64,000 nucleotides of DNA from Phycisphaerae bacterium (GCA_041687095.1 JAWLCQ010000006.1:2965-66964), one strand, 5' to 3'; positions 23,289 through 33,733 are shown, counted from the first letter of the stretch. Made by a program: numbers and translations. Notes: a model not told the origin generated them from the letters alone.

Positions 23289-24566
23289 ATGCCGGTATAC
23301 ACCTACGAAGCAATGAACAACCTCGGTCAGTCCGTCAAGGACCAGATCGAGGCGGGCTCCAGCGAGGACGCCATCGCCAAGATCCGGGCGATGGGGTTCT
23401 TCCCCACCAAGATCAAGGAGCAGGCCGGCAAGAAGGGCCCCGCCAAGGGCGCCGGCCGGGGCGGCCAGCAGGCCCAGGCGCGCGGCGGCAAGGGCGGGGC
23501 CGGGGCCCGCCGCACCGCCGGGAAAGTCTCCGCCAAGCTCCTCACCCAGTGCACCCGCCAGCTCTCCACCCTCGTCGACGCCGGCCTGCCCATCCTGCGG
23601 TCCCTCCGCATCCTCGAACAGCAGCAGAAGCCCGGCATGATGCGCGTCGCCATCCGCGTCGTCGCCGATGACGTCGAGGCGGGCTCCAGCCTCTCCGAGG
23701 CGTTCAGCCGCCACCCCAAGGCCTTTGACCGCCTCTACACCAACATGGTCAAGGCCGGCGAGGCCGGCGGCGTGCTGGACATCATCCTCCAGCGCCTCGC
23801 GGACTTCATGGAGAAGTCCCAGGCCCTCCGCCGCAAGGTCATCGGGGCCATGATCTACCCCCTCGCCGTCATCACCTTCGCCATGGTCATCGTCACCCTG
23901 CTGCTCATGTTCGTCGTCCCCAAGTTCAGCGAGATCTTCCAGGGCATGGGCGTCGCCCTGCCCACCGTCACGCAGTTGCTGCTGGACCTCAGCGCGTGGA
24001 TCAGCGGCGGCGGGTGGCTCGCCCTCATCGGCGTCCCGCTTCTCGTCTTCGCCATCTTCCGCCTGTTGCGGCTGTCCGAGGGCGGGAGCTACTTCGTGGA
24101 CCTGCTGAAGATCCGCATCCCCATCATGGGCCGCATCGCCTCCAAGAGTTCCGTCGCCCGCTTCTCCCGAACCCTGGGCACCCTCCTCGCCGCCGGCGTG
24201 CCCATCCTCGACGCCATCACCATCACCGCCGACACCGCCGGTAACGAGGTGTACGGCCGCGCGCTGCGGAAGGTCCGCAACGCCATCCGCGAGGGCGAGA
24301 ACTTCGCCGCCCCCCTCCGCCAGGCCAAGCTCGTCGATGCCATGGTCGTCAACATGATCGACGTGGGCGAGGAGACCGGCGAACTCGACAAGATGCTCGA
24401 GAAGATCGCCGACAACTACGACGACGAGGTCGACACCCTCGTGTCGTCCATGACCTCGCTGCTCGAACCGGTCATGGTCATCACCCTGGGCGGGATCGTC
24501 GGATTCATCGTGCTCGCCCTGTTCATGCCCATGATCAGCCTGATCCAGAACGTGTCCGGCGGCTAA
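23289..24566 (+). CDS. pilC: Type IV pilus / T2SS inner-membrane platform protein PilC/GspF
   Basis: It has two T2SSF repeats with three TM segments and a GspF-like N-terminus (MPVYTYEAMNNLGQSVKDQIEA). Confidence 0.85.
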   Translation: MPVYTYEAMNNLGQSVKDQIEAGSSEDAIAKIRAMGFFPTKIKEQAGKKGPAKGAGRGGQQAQARGGKGGAGARRTAGKVSAKLLTQCTRQLSTLVDAGLPILRSLRILEQQQKPGMMRVAIRVVADDVEAGSSLSEAFSRHPKAFDRLYTNMVKAGEAGGVLDIILQRLADFMEKSQALRRKVIGAMIYPLAVITFAMVIVTLLLMFVVPKFSEIFQGMGVALPTVTQLLLDLSAWISGGGWLALIGVPLLVFAIFRLLRLSEGGSYFVDLLKIRIPIMGRIASKSSVARFSRTLGTLLAAGVPILDAITITADTAGNEVYGRALRKVRNAIREGENFAAPLRQAKLVDAMVVNMIDVGEETGELDKMLEKIADNYDDEVDTLVSSMTSLLEPVMVITLGGIVGFIVLALFMPMISLIQNVSGG

Positions 24567-24737
24567 CGGACCGAGACATCCGAGCGAAGACACGTGGAGA
24601 CACCATGACCCTCCGCCACCAGACAGAGCGATTCCGCGACGCGACCCGCCAAGTGCGGGCGGCGGGATCGCTCTGTCCGGGGCGAGGAATCACGCAGATA
24701 TAGGCTCCGCAGGAGCGGGCCAGAAAGGACGTGCGAT

Positions 24738-25460
24738 ATGAGGCACGGGAACCGAGGGATACGCGGCGGCGGCCGCGGGTTCACGCTTGTCGAGCTGATG
24801 GTGGTCATCACGATCATCGGGCTGCTGGTGGGGTTGATGGCGCCGGCGATGACGGCGATCCGCCGCGCGGCGATGGAGGCGCGGTGCAAGGCCCGCATCG
24901 GCGAGCTGAGCAACGGGTGCCTGCAGTTCTGGGAAGACAACAAGCTCTACCCCGCGCAGGACTACACGTCCAAGCTGGGAAAGACAGGCCAGGGCGTCGT
25001 CAGCGGGGCGTCGGCGATGAGCGCGGCCCTGTTCGGGTACGACTATCCCATGGGCCGCCATGGCAATCTTGATAACGTGATGGCACCGTATGCCGTCACC
25101 ATCCGCCAGGTCGCCATCAGCAAGTACGCCCAGTTGGACTCCGCGCAAGACTTCTGCGCCAGGGACAACATGGCCACGATGAGCGATCGGTGGAGCGGCC
25201 AGCCGATGCCGATCCTGTACTACCCCTCGCGGCCCGGCGTGAAGGGGCTGGAGCAGTACGTGGAGAATGACAACATCGCGCACACGGAGGGGGTCACGTG
25301 GAAGCGAGGCACGAGCACCAAGTTCCATGACTACATCGCCAACAAGGTCCTCGGCGGCGGCGTGCCGTACAACGACCAGAAGTTCCTGATCATCGCCGCC
25401 GGATCGGACCGCAAATACGGGACCTCCGACGACATCACCAACTGGACCCGGGAGGAGTAG
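24738..25460 (+). CDS. Pseudopilin/pilin with prepilin-type N-terminal cleavage/methylation domain (class III signal G|FTLVE)
   Basis: 'RGFTLVELMVVITIIGLLVGL' has F at +1 and E at +5 after the cleavage Gly. Confidence 0.85.
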   Translation: MRHGNRGIRGGGRGFTLVELMVVITIIGLLVGLMAPAMTAIRRAAMEARCKARIGELSNGCLQFWEDNKLYPAQDYTSKLGKTGQGVVSGASAMSAALFGYDYPMGRHGNLDNVMAPYAVTIRQVAISKYAQLDSAQDFCARDNMATMSDRWSGQPMPILYYPSRPGVKGLEQYVENDNIAHTEGVTWKRGTSTKFHDYIANKVLGGGVPYNDQKFLIIAAGSDRKYGTSDDITNWTREE

Positions 25461-25464
25461 CGCC

Positions 25465-26232
25465 ATGCACGCCACCACCCCACGTTCCTCCTCCCGCCCC
25501 CGCGGGGGGTTCACCATCGTCGAGCTGACGCTCACCGTCGCCATCATGACGCTGATCTCCACGGCGATGCTGATCTCCTACTCGCGCTACGTGAACCTCG
25601 CGCGGAAGTCGGCGACCCGGGCCACCTTCCAGCAGATCGACTCGGCGGTGTACCTGTACGCCTCCGACAACGACAACCAGTTCCCGCCCAGCCAACTCAA
25701 CGGCGTGGCCGGTGCGCAGTGCCTGCCGATCTTCATCGCCGGATGCGTGGGCGATGAGGGCGGCGACAACACGCCCTCCGAAAAGTGGCGGAACAGCAAG
25801 GGCGTCGTCGCCGACGACGGCAAGGAGGGGTTCGGGTACCGCAAGGTCGCCCGCGGGCGCGTCTACGGGCCGTACAACGGCGTGGAGCAGATCCCGCTGA
25901 AGAAGCCCGACGGGGTGGATACGGCCTACCCGGTGTTCTACGACTCCTTCGGGGGGATCATCTTCTACTACCGCTGCGATCGCTCCGTGCTCCAGTCGAA
26001 CTACAACCAGGCCTACCAGATCAGCGACCACGACTCCAGCAAATGGGCAGGGAACAAGGGCCCGATCACGCCGGGCAACGCCTACTTCAAGAACATCTCC
26101 ATCGACGAGGGCGAACCCCGCTACTTCCGCACCGACTTCACCCTCTGCTCCTGGGGGCCCAACGAGCGGTGGCAGAACCCCACGAACCCGGCCAGCGACG
26201 ACAACACCAACTTCGATTTCGCCAGAAAGTAG
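25465..26232 (+). CDS. Pseudopilin with prepilin-type signal (G|FTIVE)
   Basis: 'RGGFTIVELTLTVAIMTLIS' carries the prepilin-type signal. It lies 4 bp after the previous gene. Confidence 0.8.
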   Translation: MHATTPRSSSRPRGGFTIVELTLTVAIMTLISTAMLISYSRYVNLARKSATRATFQQIDSAVYLYASDNDNQFPPSQLNGVAGAQCLPIFIAGCVGDEGGDNTPSEKWRNSKGVVADDGKEGFGYRKVARGRVYGPYNGVEQIPLKKPDGVDTAYPVFYDSFGGIIFYYRCDRSVLQSNYNQAYQISDHDSSKWAGNKGPITPGNAYFKNISIDEGEPRYFRTDFTLCSWGPNERWQNPTNPASDDNTNFDFARK

Positions 26233-26242
26233 AGAGCCAGCC

Positions 26243-26962
26243 ATGCGGTATCGACAGCACTATCACGACCGAGCGGCGGAACGGGGCCGGGGGGAGCGCG
26301 GCGGCATGACGCTCGTCGAGCTGCTGGTGGTCCTTTTCGTGATCGCCATCCTCGTCTCCCTGGTGGTGGGCGTCTCGTCGTACATCACCACCCGCGTCTC
26401 CATCTCCCAGACCCAGGCGACCCAGACCGTGGTCAACGGGGCCATCCAGGCCTACGTGAAAGCGCAGGACGCCCCCCCCGCCCATCCGACCAGCGCACTC
26501 TACGACGTCATCCTGCAGGGCGACTCGGAGATGATCTGGAAGACCGAGCTGCAGTGGGAAGAGCAGGATGTCCGCGCCTACGTCCGCAGCCTCTGCCTGT
26601 TCCACCAGCTCGTCCACGTGCCCGAGTCGGCGCGGGAGCTGCAGCACCTGGGCGTGGGGGAGGCCCTCGAACAGGTCAGCCTGGTGAGCGGCAACCCGGC
26701 ATCCAACTACACCGGGCTGGTCTACACCACCTGGTTCAAGGAGTGGGAGTCGGACTGGGGCCGGGACGCCAACGCCCCGCCCCGCGCGTTCATGGACGGG
26801 TTCGGCAAGCACATGGACTACAAGAGGAACGAGGGGCTCGGCGGCAACCCCGTCCTCATCTCCGCCGGAGAGGACGGGCGGTTCGGGGACCGCGGCAGCG
26901 ACAGCCCGATCCTCCGAAACGCCGTCGCCGACAACGTACGCTCCGACAACCGCAACCAGTAG
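26243..26962 (+). CDS. Pseudopilin with prepilin-type signal (G|MTLVE)
   Basis: 'GGMTLVELLVVLFVIAILVSL' carries the prepilin-type signal. Confidence 0.8.
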   Translation: MRYRQHYHDRAAERGRGERGGMTLVELLVVLFVIAILVSLVVGVSSYITTRVSISQTQATQTVVNGAIQAYVKAQDAPPAHPTSALYDVILQGDSEMIWKTELQWEEQDVRAYVRSLCLFHQLVHVPESARELQHLGVGEALEQVSLVSGNPASNYTGLVYTTWFKEWESDWGRDANAPPRAFMDGFGKHMDYKRNEGLGGNPVLISAGEDGRFGDRGSDSPILRNAVADNVRSDNRNQ

Positions 26963-26982
26963 CCCCTCGGGGAGAGCAGAAC

Positions 26983-27921
26983 GTGAATACCTATACGACA
27001 CTCCGATCCCGGCCGGGCTTCACGCTGATGGAACTCATGATCACGCTGATGCTCATCGCCCTGCTGGCGGCGTTGGCGCTGCCGACGGTGATGACCCTCT
27101 TCAACTCCGGGGCCGAGGAGCAGGCCGTCAACATCCTCACCGCCCAGATCAACGCCGCCCGCTCCCTCGCCATCCGCAAGAACACCTACGCCGGCGTCCA
27201 CGTCCAACTCGCCGACAAGGCCCTCGACATCCCCTTCGACACCAACGACCCGCGCGAGCGGAAGTACGTGTGCTACTCGGCCGTCGTCTGGGCCGATCCG
27301 TCCGCCGCCTCCCAGGCCGCCGGGGATCAGATCAAGTTCCGCATCGCCCCCAACTACCAGCCCATCCGCATGCCCCGCACCATCGCCTTCGGGGTGGTGG
27401 CGGCCCCGTTCGTCAACCCGGACGAGGAAAAGGAGCCGTACACCACCGCTCTGCTGACCCATCGGTTCGACGCGTCGGACATGTCGGGGCCTGACTACAT
27501 CCGCGAGTTCACCACCTTCACCATCGTCTTCAGCCCCTCCGGGCAGATCCTCAACCGGCTGCCCACCGGCGATCTGGAGTTCGCGGAGATCAAGCCGGAG
27601 GAGTCCGGCGGGCCCGAAGTGGACCCGTTCATCGACGACGACGACCCCAAGACCGAGGCCAGCCTCTGGAACCGCGACTGGGCGGAGCAGTACCAGACCG
27701 ACTACAACACCGGGGACGATGACACCAAGCTGGCGCAGAACAGGTCCCGCCGCCTCGCCCGGACGGTCGTCGTGTTCGACGTCGTCTACCTCATGCAGAT
27801 GCCCCGATCGTACCTGACCGCCGACAGCAAGACCGTCTACCCGCGTGCGGACCACATGAACGCCACGGGCGGCTACCTCGCCATCAACCCTCATACCGGG
27901 CAGTTGCTGCCCAGGGAGTAA
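26983..27921 (+). CDS. Pseudopilin with prepilin-type signal (G|FTLME); GTG start
   Basis: 'RPGFTLMELMITLMLIALLAAL' carries the prepilin-type signal. The start is the GTG at 26983, preceded by GGGGAGAG. It shares a frame with the artefactual long ORF 26554-27921. Confidence 0.75.
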   Translation: MNTYTTLRSRPGFTLMELMITLMLIALLAALALPTVMTLFNSGAEEQAVNILTAQINAARSLAIRKNTYAGVHVQLADKALDIPFDTNDPRERKYVCYSAVVWADPSAASQAAGDQIKFRIAPNYQPIRMPRTIAFGVVAAPFVNPDEEKEPYTTALLTHRFDASDMSGPDYIREFTTFTIVFSPSGQILNRLPTGDLEFAEIKPEESGGPEVDPFIDDDDPKTEASLWNRDWAEQYQTDYNTGDDDTKLAQNRSRRLARTVVVFDVVYLMQMPRSYLTADSKTVYPRADHMNATGGYLAINPHTGQLLPRE

Positions 27922-27926
27922 CGGCC

Positions 27927-28745
27927 ATGAGAACCAATCCTCGAACGACGCGTGCGCCGCGATACGGCTTCTCGCTCGCCGAGATGGTCATCGCCCTGGC
28001 CATTCTCGGGGTGGGCCTGAGCATGCTGCTCTCCCTCTTCCCCGCCGCCATCGTCGAGACCGCCTCGTCCACCAACCAGACCATGGGCTCGCTGATCTGC
28101 CAGAACGGGCTCACCATGGCCAAGAGCGCCCTGACCTCCGACCTGCTGCTGTCGCGAAAGCCCAGTACGGACGAGCAGCCCCACAACGGGTGGATGCGGG
28201 TGCAGGAGGTCCGCGAAGCGTGGACCAACCTGGTGAACCTGGGGGACCGGCGGTATCCCGTGCAGGCGATCGCCAAGACGACCACGCGCGGCGTGGTGAT
28301 CCTGGCGCGCAAGGTCAACGCGGACGTGAACGACCACCGGTGGCAGCTCATCGCCGTCTCCTATGCGAAGAAGAACGCCACCGGGACGACGGTGCGCGGC
28401 CTGTACCCCACGGATACCCCCGAAGCCCATCCGAAATCCTACATCACCCAGGACATCGATCGGAATGAGAAGCGGTTCACCGTGACGGGCAACCGGCGGC
28501 TCTTCTTCAAGAAGGGCGGCGTGGTGATTGACTGCAGCCAGGGCAGTTCCGGGGAGTTCGCACGCATCGCCGAAATCGAGCGTCTAAGCGAGAGCGAAAA
28601 CCGCGTGACCCTGGACCGGGCCTTCAGCCGCGACGTCAGCCGGGTGATCGTGATCGAGGAGTACAAGGGCGCCGCCCTGGTCACCGACGGCGATAGCGCG
28701 GTGATGAACGTGATGAGTATCGAAACGATTCTCCCGAAGAACTGA
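27927..28745 (+). CDS. Pseudopilin with prepilin-type signal (G|FSLAE)
   Basis: 'RYGFSLAEMVIALAILGVGLSML' carries the prepilin-type signal. Confidence 0.8.
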   Translation: MRTNPRTTRAPRYGFSLAEMVIALAILGVGLSMLLSLFPAAIVETASSTNQTMGSLICQNGLTMAKSALTSDLLLSRKPSTDEQPHNGWMRVQEVREAWTNLVNLGDRRYPVQAIAKTTTRGVVILARKVNADVNDHRWQLIAVSYAKKNATGTTVRGLYPTDTPEAHPKSYITQDIDRNEKRFTVTGNRRLFFKKGGVVIDCSQGSSGEFARIAEIERLSESENRVTLDRAFSRDVSRVIVIEEYKGAALVTDGDSAVMNVMSIETILPKN

Positions 28746-28756
28746 CCGCCAGCCTC

Positions 28757-29875
28757 ATGGAGGTGAGCACAATGCCTCACAACACACAGACAGACCGTGC
28801 GAATCCCAGTCGCCGGCACGCAGCGCGCGGGTTCACGATGCTGGAGCTGCTGGTGGCGACGTCGATCCTGACGCTGATGGTGCTGATCGTCGGGTCGCTG
28901 CTGTCCGCGAGCCAGTCCCTCGCCCGCAAGGGCCACACGAAGATGCGCGCCAACGCCGCCGCCGTCAACCTCGCCGAGACCATCCGCGAGGACATCCGCC
29001 GCATCTCCCGCCACGGGTTCCTCAGCATCACCCGCAAGGACGAGCAGGCCGTTATGCTGATGACCGTCGCGGGCCCGACCGCGAGCATCCGGGCCGCGGG
29101 GAAGGTGGGCACCGAGGCGCTGGTCATCTACTGCTTCTCGGCCCCCGTCCAGAACGACAATGTCAAGGCCGACAAGGTCTGGGCCCACGTCCTGCGGATT
29201 CCGGTTCTGCTGATGGGCCCGGGGAACCCCAACGACCCGGACCTCAGCGTCGCCCACATGTTCAACGTCCAGCGGCTGCCGCGCGGCCTGGACCGCACGG
29301 CCGGATCCCCCAGCTACAGCAACATCACCACGATCCAGGACATGAACGAACTGGTGGACTACTTCATCCACAACAAGGTCCCGTACACCGGCAACCCGGA
29401 CGACCTGAAGGTGCCCCCCAGCACCGCCAAGGCCGCCCTGGAGTCCTGGCGCGTCGCCGCCAACGAGTGCAAGGAGTTCCGCATCCAGTGGACGGACGGG
29501 CTGCACCCGACCACGACTCCGCTCAGATGGTACGGCCCGCTGGTCTCGCCCAATCGCCCCACGGCGAAGGCGGACCTCCCCAAGGTCACGGGGTGGACGA
29601 GTTCGCACGCGTGGGCCAAGACCGGCGCGGGCGACTACTACACCGAGTTCAACGCCGTCAAGAGCGGCTCGCCCATCTACCGCGTGCTCTGGACCCGCGA
29701 GAACCTCAACGACTGGCCCCGCGCGGTTCGGATCCGCTACAAGATGTCCCCGACCACCCTCTCCCCCGAGCTCAAGGCCGCCGGGCTGGACAAGACCTCC
29801 GCGGACGCGGCGGAGAGGGACGACGCGAAGAACGGCGTGGGATTCTACGAGATCATCTGCCCGATCAAGCACTGA
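28757..29875 (+). CDS. Pseudopilin with prepilin-type signal (G|FTMLE)
   Basis: 'ARGFTMLELLVATSILTLMVLIV' carries the prepilin-type signal. Confidence 0.8.
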   Translation: MEVSTMPHNTQTDRANPSRRHAARGFTMLELLVATSILTLMVLIVGSLLSASQSLARKGHTKMRANAAAVNLAETIREDIRRISRHGFLSITRKDEQAVMLMTVAGPTASIRAAGKVGTEALVIYCFSAPVQNDNVKADKVWAHVLRIPVLLMGPGNPNDPDLSVAHMFNVQRLPRGLDRTAGSPSYSNITTIQDMNELVDYFIHNKVPYTGNPDDLKVPPSTAKAALESWRVAANECKEFRIQWTDGLHPTTTPLRWYGPLVSPNRPTAKADLPKVTGWTSSHAWAKTGAGDYYTEFNAVKSGSPIYRVLWTRENLNDWPRAVRIRYKMSPTTLSPELKAAGLDKTSADAAERDDAKNGVGFYEIICPIKH

Positions 29876-29894
29876 TCGGATTGCGAGGTTTGCC

Positions 29895-32888
29895 ATGCAC
29901 ACGACTACACGCACGCGACGAGGCTCGGCCCTGATCATGGTGGTGGGCTTGCTGTCCATCATCGCGATGATCGGAACGGCGTTCTACCTCACCAGTCACA
30001 TGGAGAACGAGCAGTCCGCGGTGATCGCGTCACGGGTCCCCATCGGCCCCATTGCCGAGGGCGTCCTCTCGCAGGTCCTGCTCAAGCTGTCGGACGATCT
30101 GCACATCGATCCCGTGGACACCACCATCGAGGTGGGCCCGTACACCGACCTGTCCGATCCGAACGTGGATCTCGTCAAGACCTGGCTGGAGTTCGTCGAC
30201 GCCCCCGGGATGACGACGGACCCGCACCTGGCGTGCACCACGCCCCTTCCGGAAGCCTTCCCCACGTGGCGCCACCTCACAGACCTCGTCGGGAACGGCA
30301 TGTCGGTCGAGTACGTGAGCACCAGCGCCGACGAGCTGAGCGACACGGACGGGTACGATCCCCTCCCGACCCAGGCCGATCCCACCGCCAAGCGCGAGAA
30401 GGACGCCGTCCGCCTCCGCACCGGCTGGACCGATTCCACCGGGCTCGAGTACTTCTACGCCGTCCGCGTCACCGACCTGTCCGGCCTGCTGTGCCTCAAC
30501 ACCGCCTCGGGCCCCGACACCACCGACACCACGCTCAAGACCTCCCAGCCGGCACTGGTCGATCTGCGGAAGTTCTTCGTCAGCAAGAACGTGCAGGGCG
30601 TGTTCGACAACCTCAACGACTGGCGGTTCGGAACGCTGACGGACGACAAGAAGAAGCTCAAGCACCTGCACGAGATCCTGGGGACGCACGTGCTCCGTCC
30701 GCTGGATCCCTTCGCCGAGAATCCGGAACTGACCCCCGTGCGGCAGTGCTTCCCCTACACCCCGGGCGAGGAGGTCTGCCTCCGCTACCTGGGCGGGGGG
30801 ACCGGGACCAACGCCACCGACATCTCCCAGAACGGGCGCGTCTGGGCCGCCATGGGCAGCCGCCTCGGCACCCACCAGTACCCCACGGCCCGGCGGCTGC
30901 TGACGACCATGAACTCGCAGCGGCCCGTGATGCGGTTCCAGGAGAAGCGGAGCCTGACCCACACGCCCGACTTCTACTACCGCTACTGCCTGACGAACAA
31001 GGTGCTCAAGGGCGACCAGCCGGCGGAGCGGGAGAGGCTGTACTACGTGCTGGAGCACTTCCTCAAGGAGACAAGCCCCGCCACCAGCGAGATCGAACGC
31101 CGCAAGGCCGCCACGCATTTCGTCGCCAACCTCTGGGCGCGGTACGGGCAGCACGAGAAGTACGACAACGCGACGGAACACTCCGAGGATCCCAACTACC
31201 CGTGGGTCTTCGCCTGCCCCCATAACGACCCCGGCGATCCCAGCAGCAACTATACGGCGTACGGCATGATCCGCCGGCCGGTGATCACCGAAGCCTACGC
31301 GGTCTACAGCCCCGACACCGCCGATCCGGCGACCGGCGTGCCCGCGAATGACTGGTACTGGGGCTGCGCCATCGAGATCTGGAACCACGACAAGTATCCC
31401 ATCGACCTGAGGACCTACCGCGTCCGCCTCGGCGATGGGACGTGGAAGTCCCTGGCCAACGTGAAGCTCAAGGCCAACGAACGCTACGTGATCTACGACG
31501 TCGGGTCCGGGGAGAACGCTCCCAGAAAGACGGCCGACGCCATCTTCGCCGACTGGGACCAGGTCCCCAACAAGGAGCAGATCGCCGGGTTCGACTTCGG
31601 GGACAGCGGCAAGACGGTCCTGCTCGCCGAGGAGTGCCTGAAGGACTCCAGGACCGAATGGATCGCCGCCGACCAGATGGCGGACCTCTCGTACTCGACG
31701 GCGACCTCCACGGATCCCGCCGATCCCAACGCCCCCGCCCTCAACATCCGCGTGTGGAAACGGGACGATCACCCCGACCGGCAGCGGTTCAACGTCGCCG
31801 ACGCCGTCATCGACGATTCGCCCGACACCGAAACCAACGCGCATACGCTGGGGCGCCCCAACACCCTGTCTTCCGCGGAGCACGACAAGCTTGACGACTT
31901 CGTCCAGTTCCCCGTCGCCATCGACGACCGCAGCAACGGGTTCCGGTCGATCGGCGACCTGTTCCCCGTCTACTGGGCCGGCCCCAGCCGCGCCGGGGCC
32001 CCCACTGACCCCGATCCCGAGATCCTGCCCTTCAGCATGAACATCCGAACCGGTCCGATGCAACTGGCGAGCAACGGCAGCACGATCTATGCGGGGCGGC
32101 TGAACCTCGTTCCGCCCGAGATTCCCAACCCCACCACCCCCGGGCGCGGCCAGGGCCGCGGGGGCCTCTACCCCGACCTGCCCGTCGCCTGCCTCCTGGG
32201 CGAGTTCATCACGATGACGCCGCTGGACGACCGCGTCACGCCCCAGCGCACCTACGGGTTCATCAATATCAACACGGCCCCCGCGGAGGTGCTCGCCCAC
32301 CTGCCGTTCCCGGAGACGATCAAGCTCGCCTCCGGGTCGGAGGTCCAGATCAGCGCGGCCACGGCGGCCGAGTACATCTACGAGTATCGCGAGCTGCGCG
32401 GACGCTACCACGACGATCACAACGTCCCCGGGGACGGCCGGGCCAGTGCGGTCGTGAAGAACGCCCGCGCGCTGCCGGGCACCTCGAACGTGTGTGCGGA
32501 GAAGTGCTTCCTGACGCCCGGGGAGGTGGCCATCCCTCTCGGCCATTACGCGGCCTTCGCCCTCGGCTGGCCGGCCAGGGCGGATGACCCCAACACCGCC
32601 GACATGCTGAACACGGCCCACCCCACTGCCGATTCGCTCCTGAAAGACCCCGATTTCATCCAGGTGCGGGATCAGCTCTACGCCTCCATCGCCAACATGA
32701 TCACCACGCAGAGCAACACCTACGCGGTGACGATCAGCGTCGACGTCGGCACGCCCGCCAATCCCAAGGTCGCCAACTCCAAGGTGGTGATCCAGTACTC
32801 GCAGAAGTACCTGGCGATCATCGACCGCAGCAACTGCGATAAGGCCAGTGACCGCCCGACCGTCGTGCTGTTCTGCCGAACCGAGTAG
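29895..32888 (+). CDS. Giant GspK-like minor pseudopilin (997 aa)
   Basis: The N-terminus 'RRGSALIMVVGLLSIIAMIGTAFYL' is GspK-type, with a hydrophobic helix and no E at +5. It has a long periplasmic body. It is the last gene of the pilus operon. Confidence 0.7.
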   Translation: MHTTTRTRRGSALIMVVGLLSIIAMIGTAFYLTSHMENEQSAVIASRVPIGPIAEGVLSQVLLKLSDDLHIDPVDTTIEVGPYTDLSDPNVDLVKTWLEFVDAPGMTTDPHLACTTPLPEAFPTWRHLTDLVGNGMSVEYVSTSADELSDTDGYDPLPTQADPTAKREKDAVRLRTGWTDSTGLEYFYAVRVTDLSGLLCLNTASGPDTTDTTLKTSQPALVDLRKFFVSKNVQGVFDNLNDWRFGTLTDDKKKLKHLHEILGTHVLRPLDPFAENPELTPVRQCFPYTPGEEVCLRYLGGGTGTNATDISQNGRVWAAMGSRLGTHQYPTARRLLTTMNSQRPVMRFQEKRSLTHTPDFYYRYCLTNKVLKGDQPAERERLYYVLEHFLKETSPATSEIERRKAATHFVANLWARYGQHEKYDNATEHSEDPNYPWVFACPHNDPGDPSSNYTAYGMIRRPVITEAYAVYSPDTADPATGVPANDWYWGCAIEIWNHDKYPIDLRTYRVRLGDGTWKSLANVKLKANERYVIYDVGSGENAPRKTADAIFADWDQVPNKEQIAGFDFGDSGKTVLLAEECLKDSRTEWIAADQMADLSYSTATSTDPADPNAPALNIRVWKRDDHPDRQRFNVADAVIDDSPDTETNAHTLGRPNTLSSAEHDKLDDFVQFPVAIDDRSNGFRSIGDLFPVYWAGPSRAGAPTDPDPEILPFSMNIRTGPMQLASNGSTIYAGRLNLVPPEIPNPTTPGRGQGRGGLYPDLPVACLLGEFITMTPLDDRVTPQRTYGFININTAPAEVLAHLPFPETIKLASGSEVQISAATAAEYIYEYRELRGRYHDDHNVPGDGRASAVVKNARALPGTSNVCAEKCFLTPGEVAIPLGHYAAFALGWPARADDPNTADMLNTAHPTADSLLKDPDFIQVRDQLYASIANMITTQSNTYAVTISVDVGTPANPKVANSKVVIQYSQKYLAIIDRSNCDKASDRPTVVLFCRTE

Positions 32889-32889
32889 T

Positions 32890-33630
32890 CCACGAATTGC
32901 ACGAATTGCACGAAGGACGCGGGTGGCACGGATGACACGAAGAGGCTGAGCGGCGGACAACGCCGCGAGCCGCAAGCCCCGATCGCCGCTCGGGGATTCT
33001 GGAAGCCCAGGGGGAGCTTCCGGGATCCTCGAGCGGCGATTCTTTATTGGCCCCCACCTGCTCTGTCTCGACCCTCTGTTCCGGGGCCTCCCGGGGGCCG
33101 CCGTGCCCCCGAGCATGCGATCTTTCTTGGTAGACGACGGATCGGCCCCGGACCGACGGCCGCGGATCGGGCCGGTTCCCAAGGGTCGAGACAGAGCAGC
33201 CCCCACCCGGTTCGCCGCCGCCCTGCTGGGCACGGCGGCGGCCTCCGCTCGCGGGCGCCAGTGCGCAAATCATGGCGAGGTCCGCTTCCTCAGTTGCCCC
33301 CAGGCGGCCTCCGCTTGCGGGCGCCAGTGCGCAAATCCGAAGTGCACAAGCCCGAAGGGCTTTCAGAGCCGTAGCCCAGGGCCCAGCGCAGCGCCGCCCT
33401 GGGTACGGGCGATGGGGGTTTCCCGCCCTGAAAGGGCCCAAGAGCGCCCAGGCATTCTCTTGTGCCCCTTCAGGGCGAACACTCGTGGAACGGCGGACCC
33501 AGGGCGGCGGCCTGCGGCCTTGCCCGGGGCTACGGCTCTGGCAGCCCTTTGGGCTGCGGACTTCGTAAACCACGGCGCTCGCTTACCGTAGCCCACGGCA
33601 CTCGCTTACCGTAGCCCGGGGCATCCGCTT
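32890..33630. repeat. Composite repeat-rich noncoding spacer between the convergent operons
   Basis: It contains a tandem CACGAATTG x2 at 32890-32915, an IR at 32982-33042, and an IR GCTCTGTCTCGACCCTCTGTTCCGG (33060-33084) against CCGGTTCCCAAGGGTCGAGACAGAGC (33172-33197). A 35-bp direct repeat lies at 33236-33270 and 33304-33338. A nested palindrome spans 33365-33540 (CAGAGCCGTAGCCC / GGGCTACGGCTCTG). A 24-bp tandem x2 lies at 33571-33618. ORFs here are palindrome artefacts. Confidence 0.6.
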
Positions 33631-33733
33631 ATACGCATCCCAGGTGATTCTCGGGCAGCGTCGATTGGACGTGGTTGCTCCGCTGCGCTCCGCAAACCAC
33701 GGCACCCACCCGAGAATTGAGTGGAACGCGTAT
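33631..33733 (+). mobile_element. MITE-like family A full-length copy (TIR ATACGCATCC ... GGAACGCGTAT), flanked by TA dinucleotides
   Basis: It is about 90 % identical to 883-987. The flank reads TA|TACGC...GCGTA|TA, suggestive of a Tc1/IS630-type TA duplication. The other full copy does not show this. Confidence 0.5.

Noticed and set aside
33103-33591. ORFs 33103-33591+, 33272-33568+ and 33363-33596- in the inter-operon spacer
   Set aside because: Both strands give mutually similar peptides (e.g. ALKGPKSAQAFSCAPSGRT on + and ALKGHKRMPGRSWALSGRE on -) because the DNA is palindromic. This is not coding.
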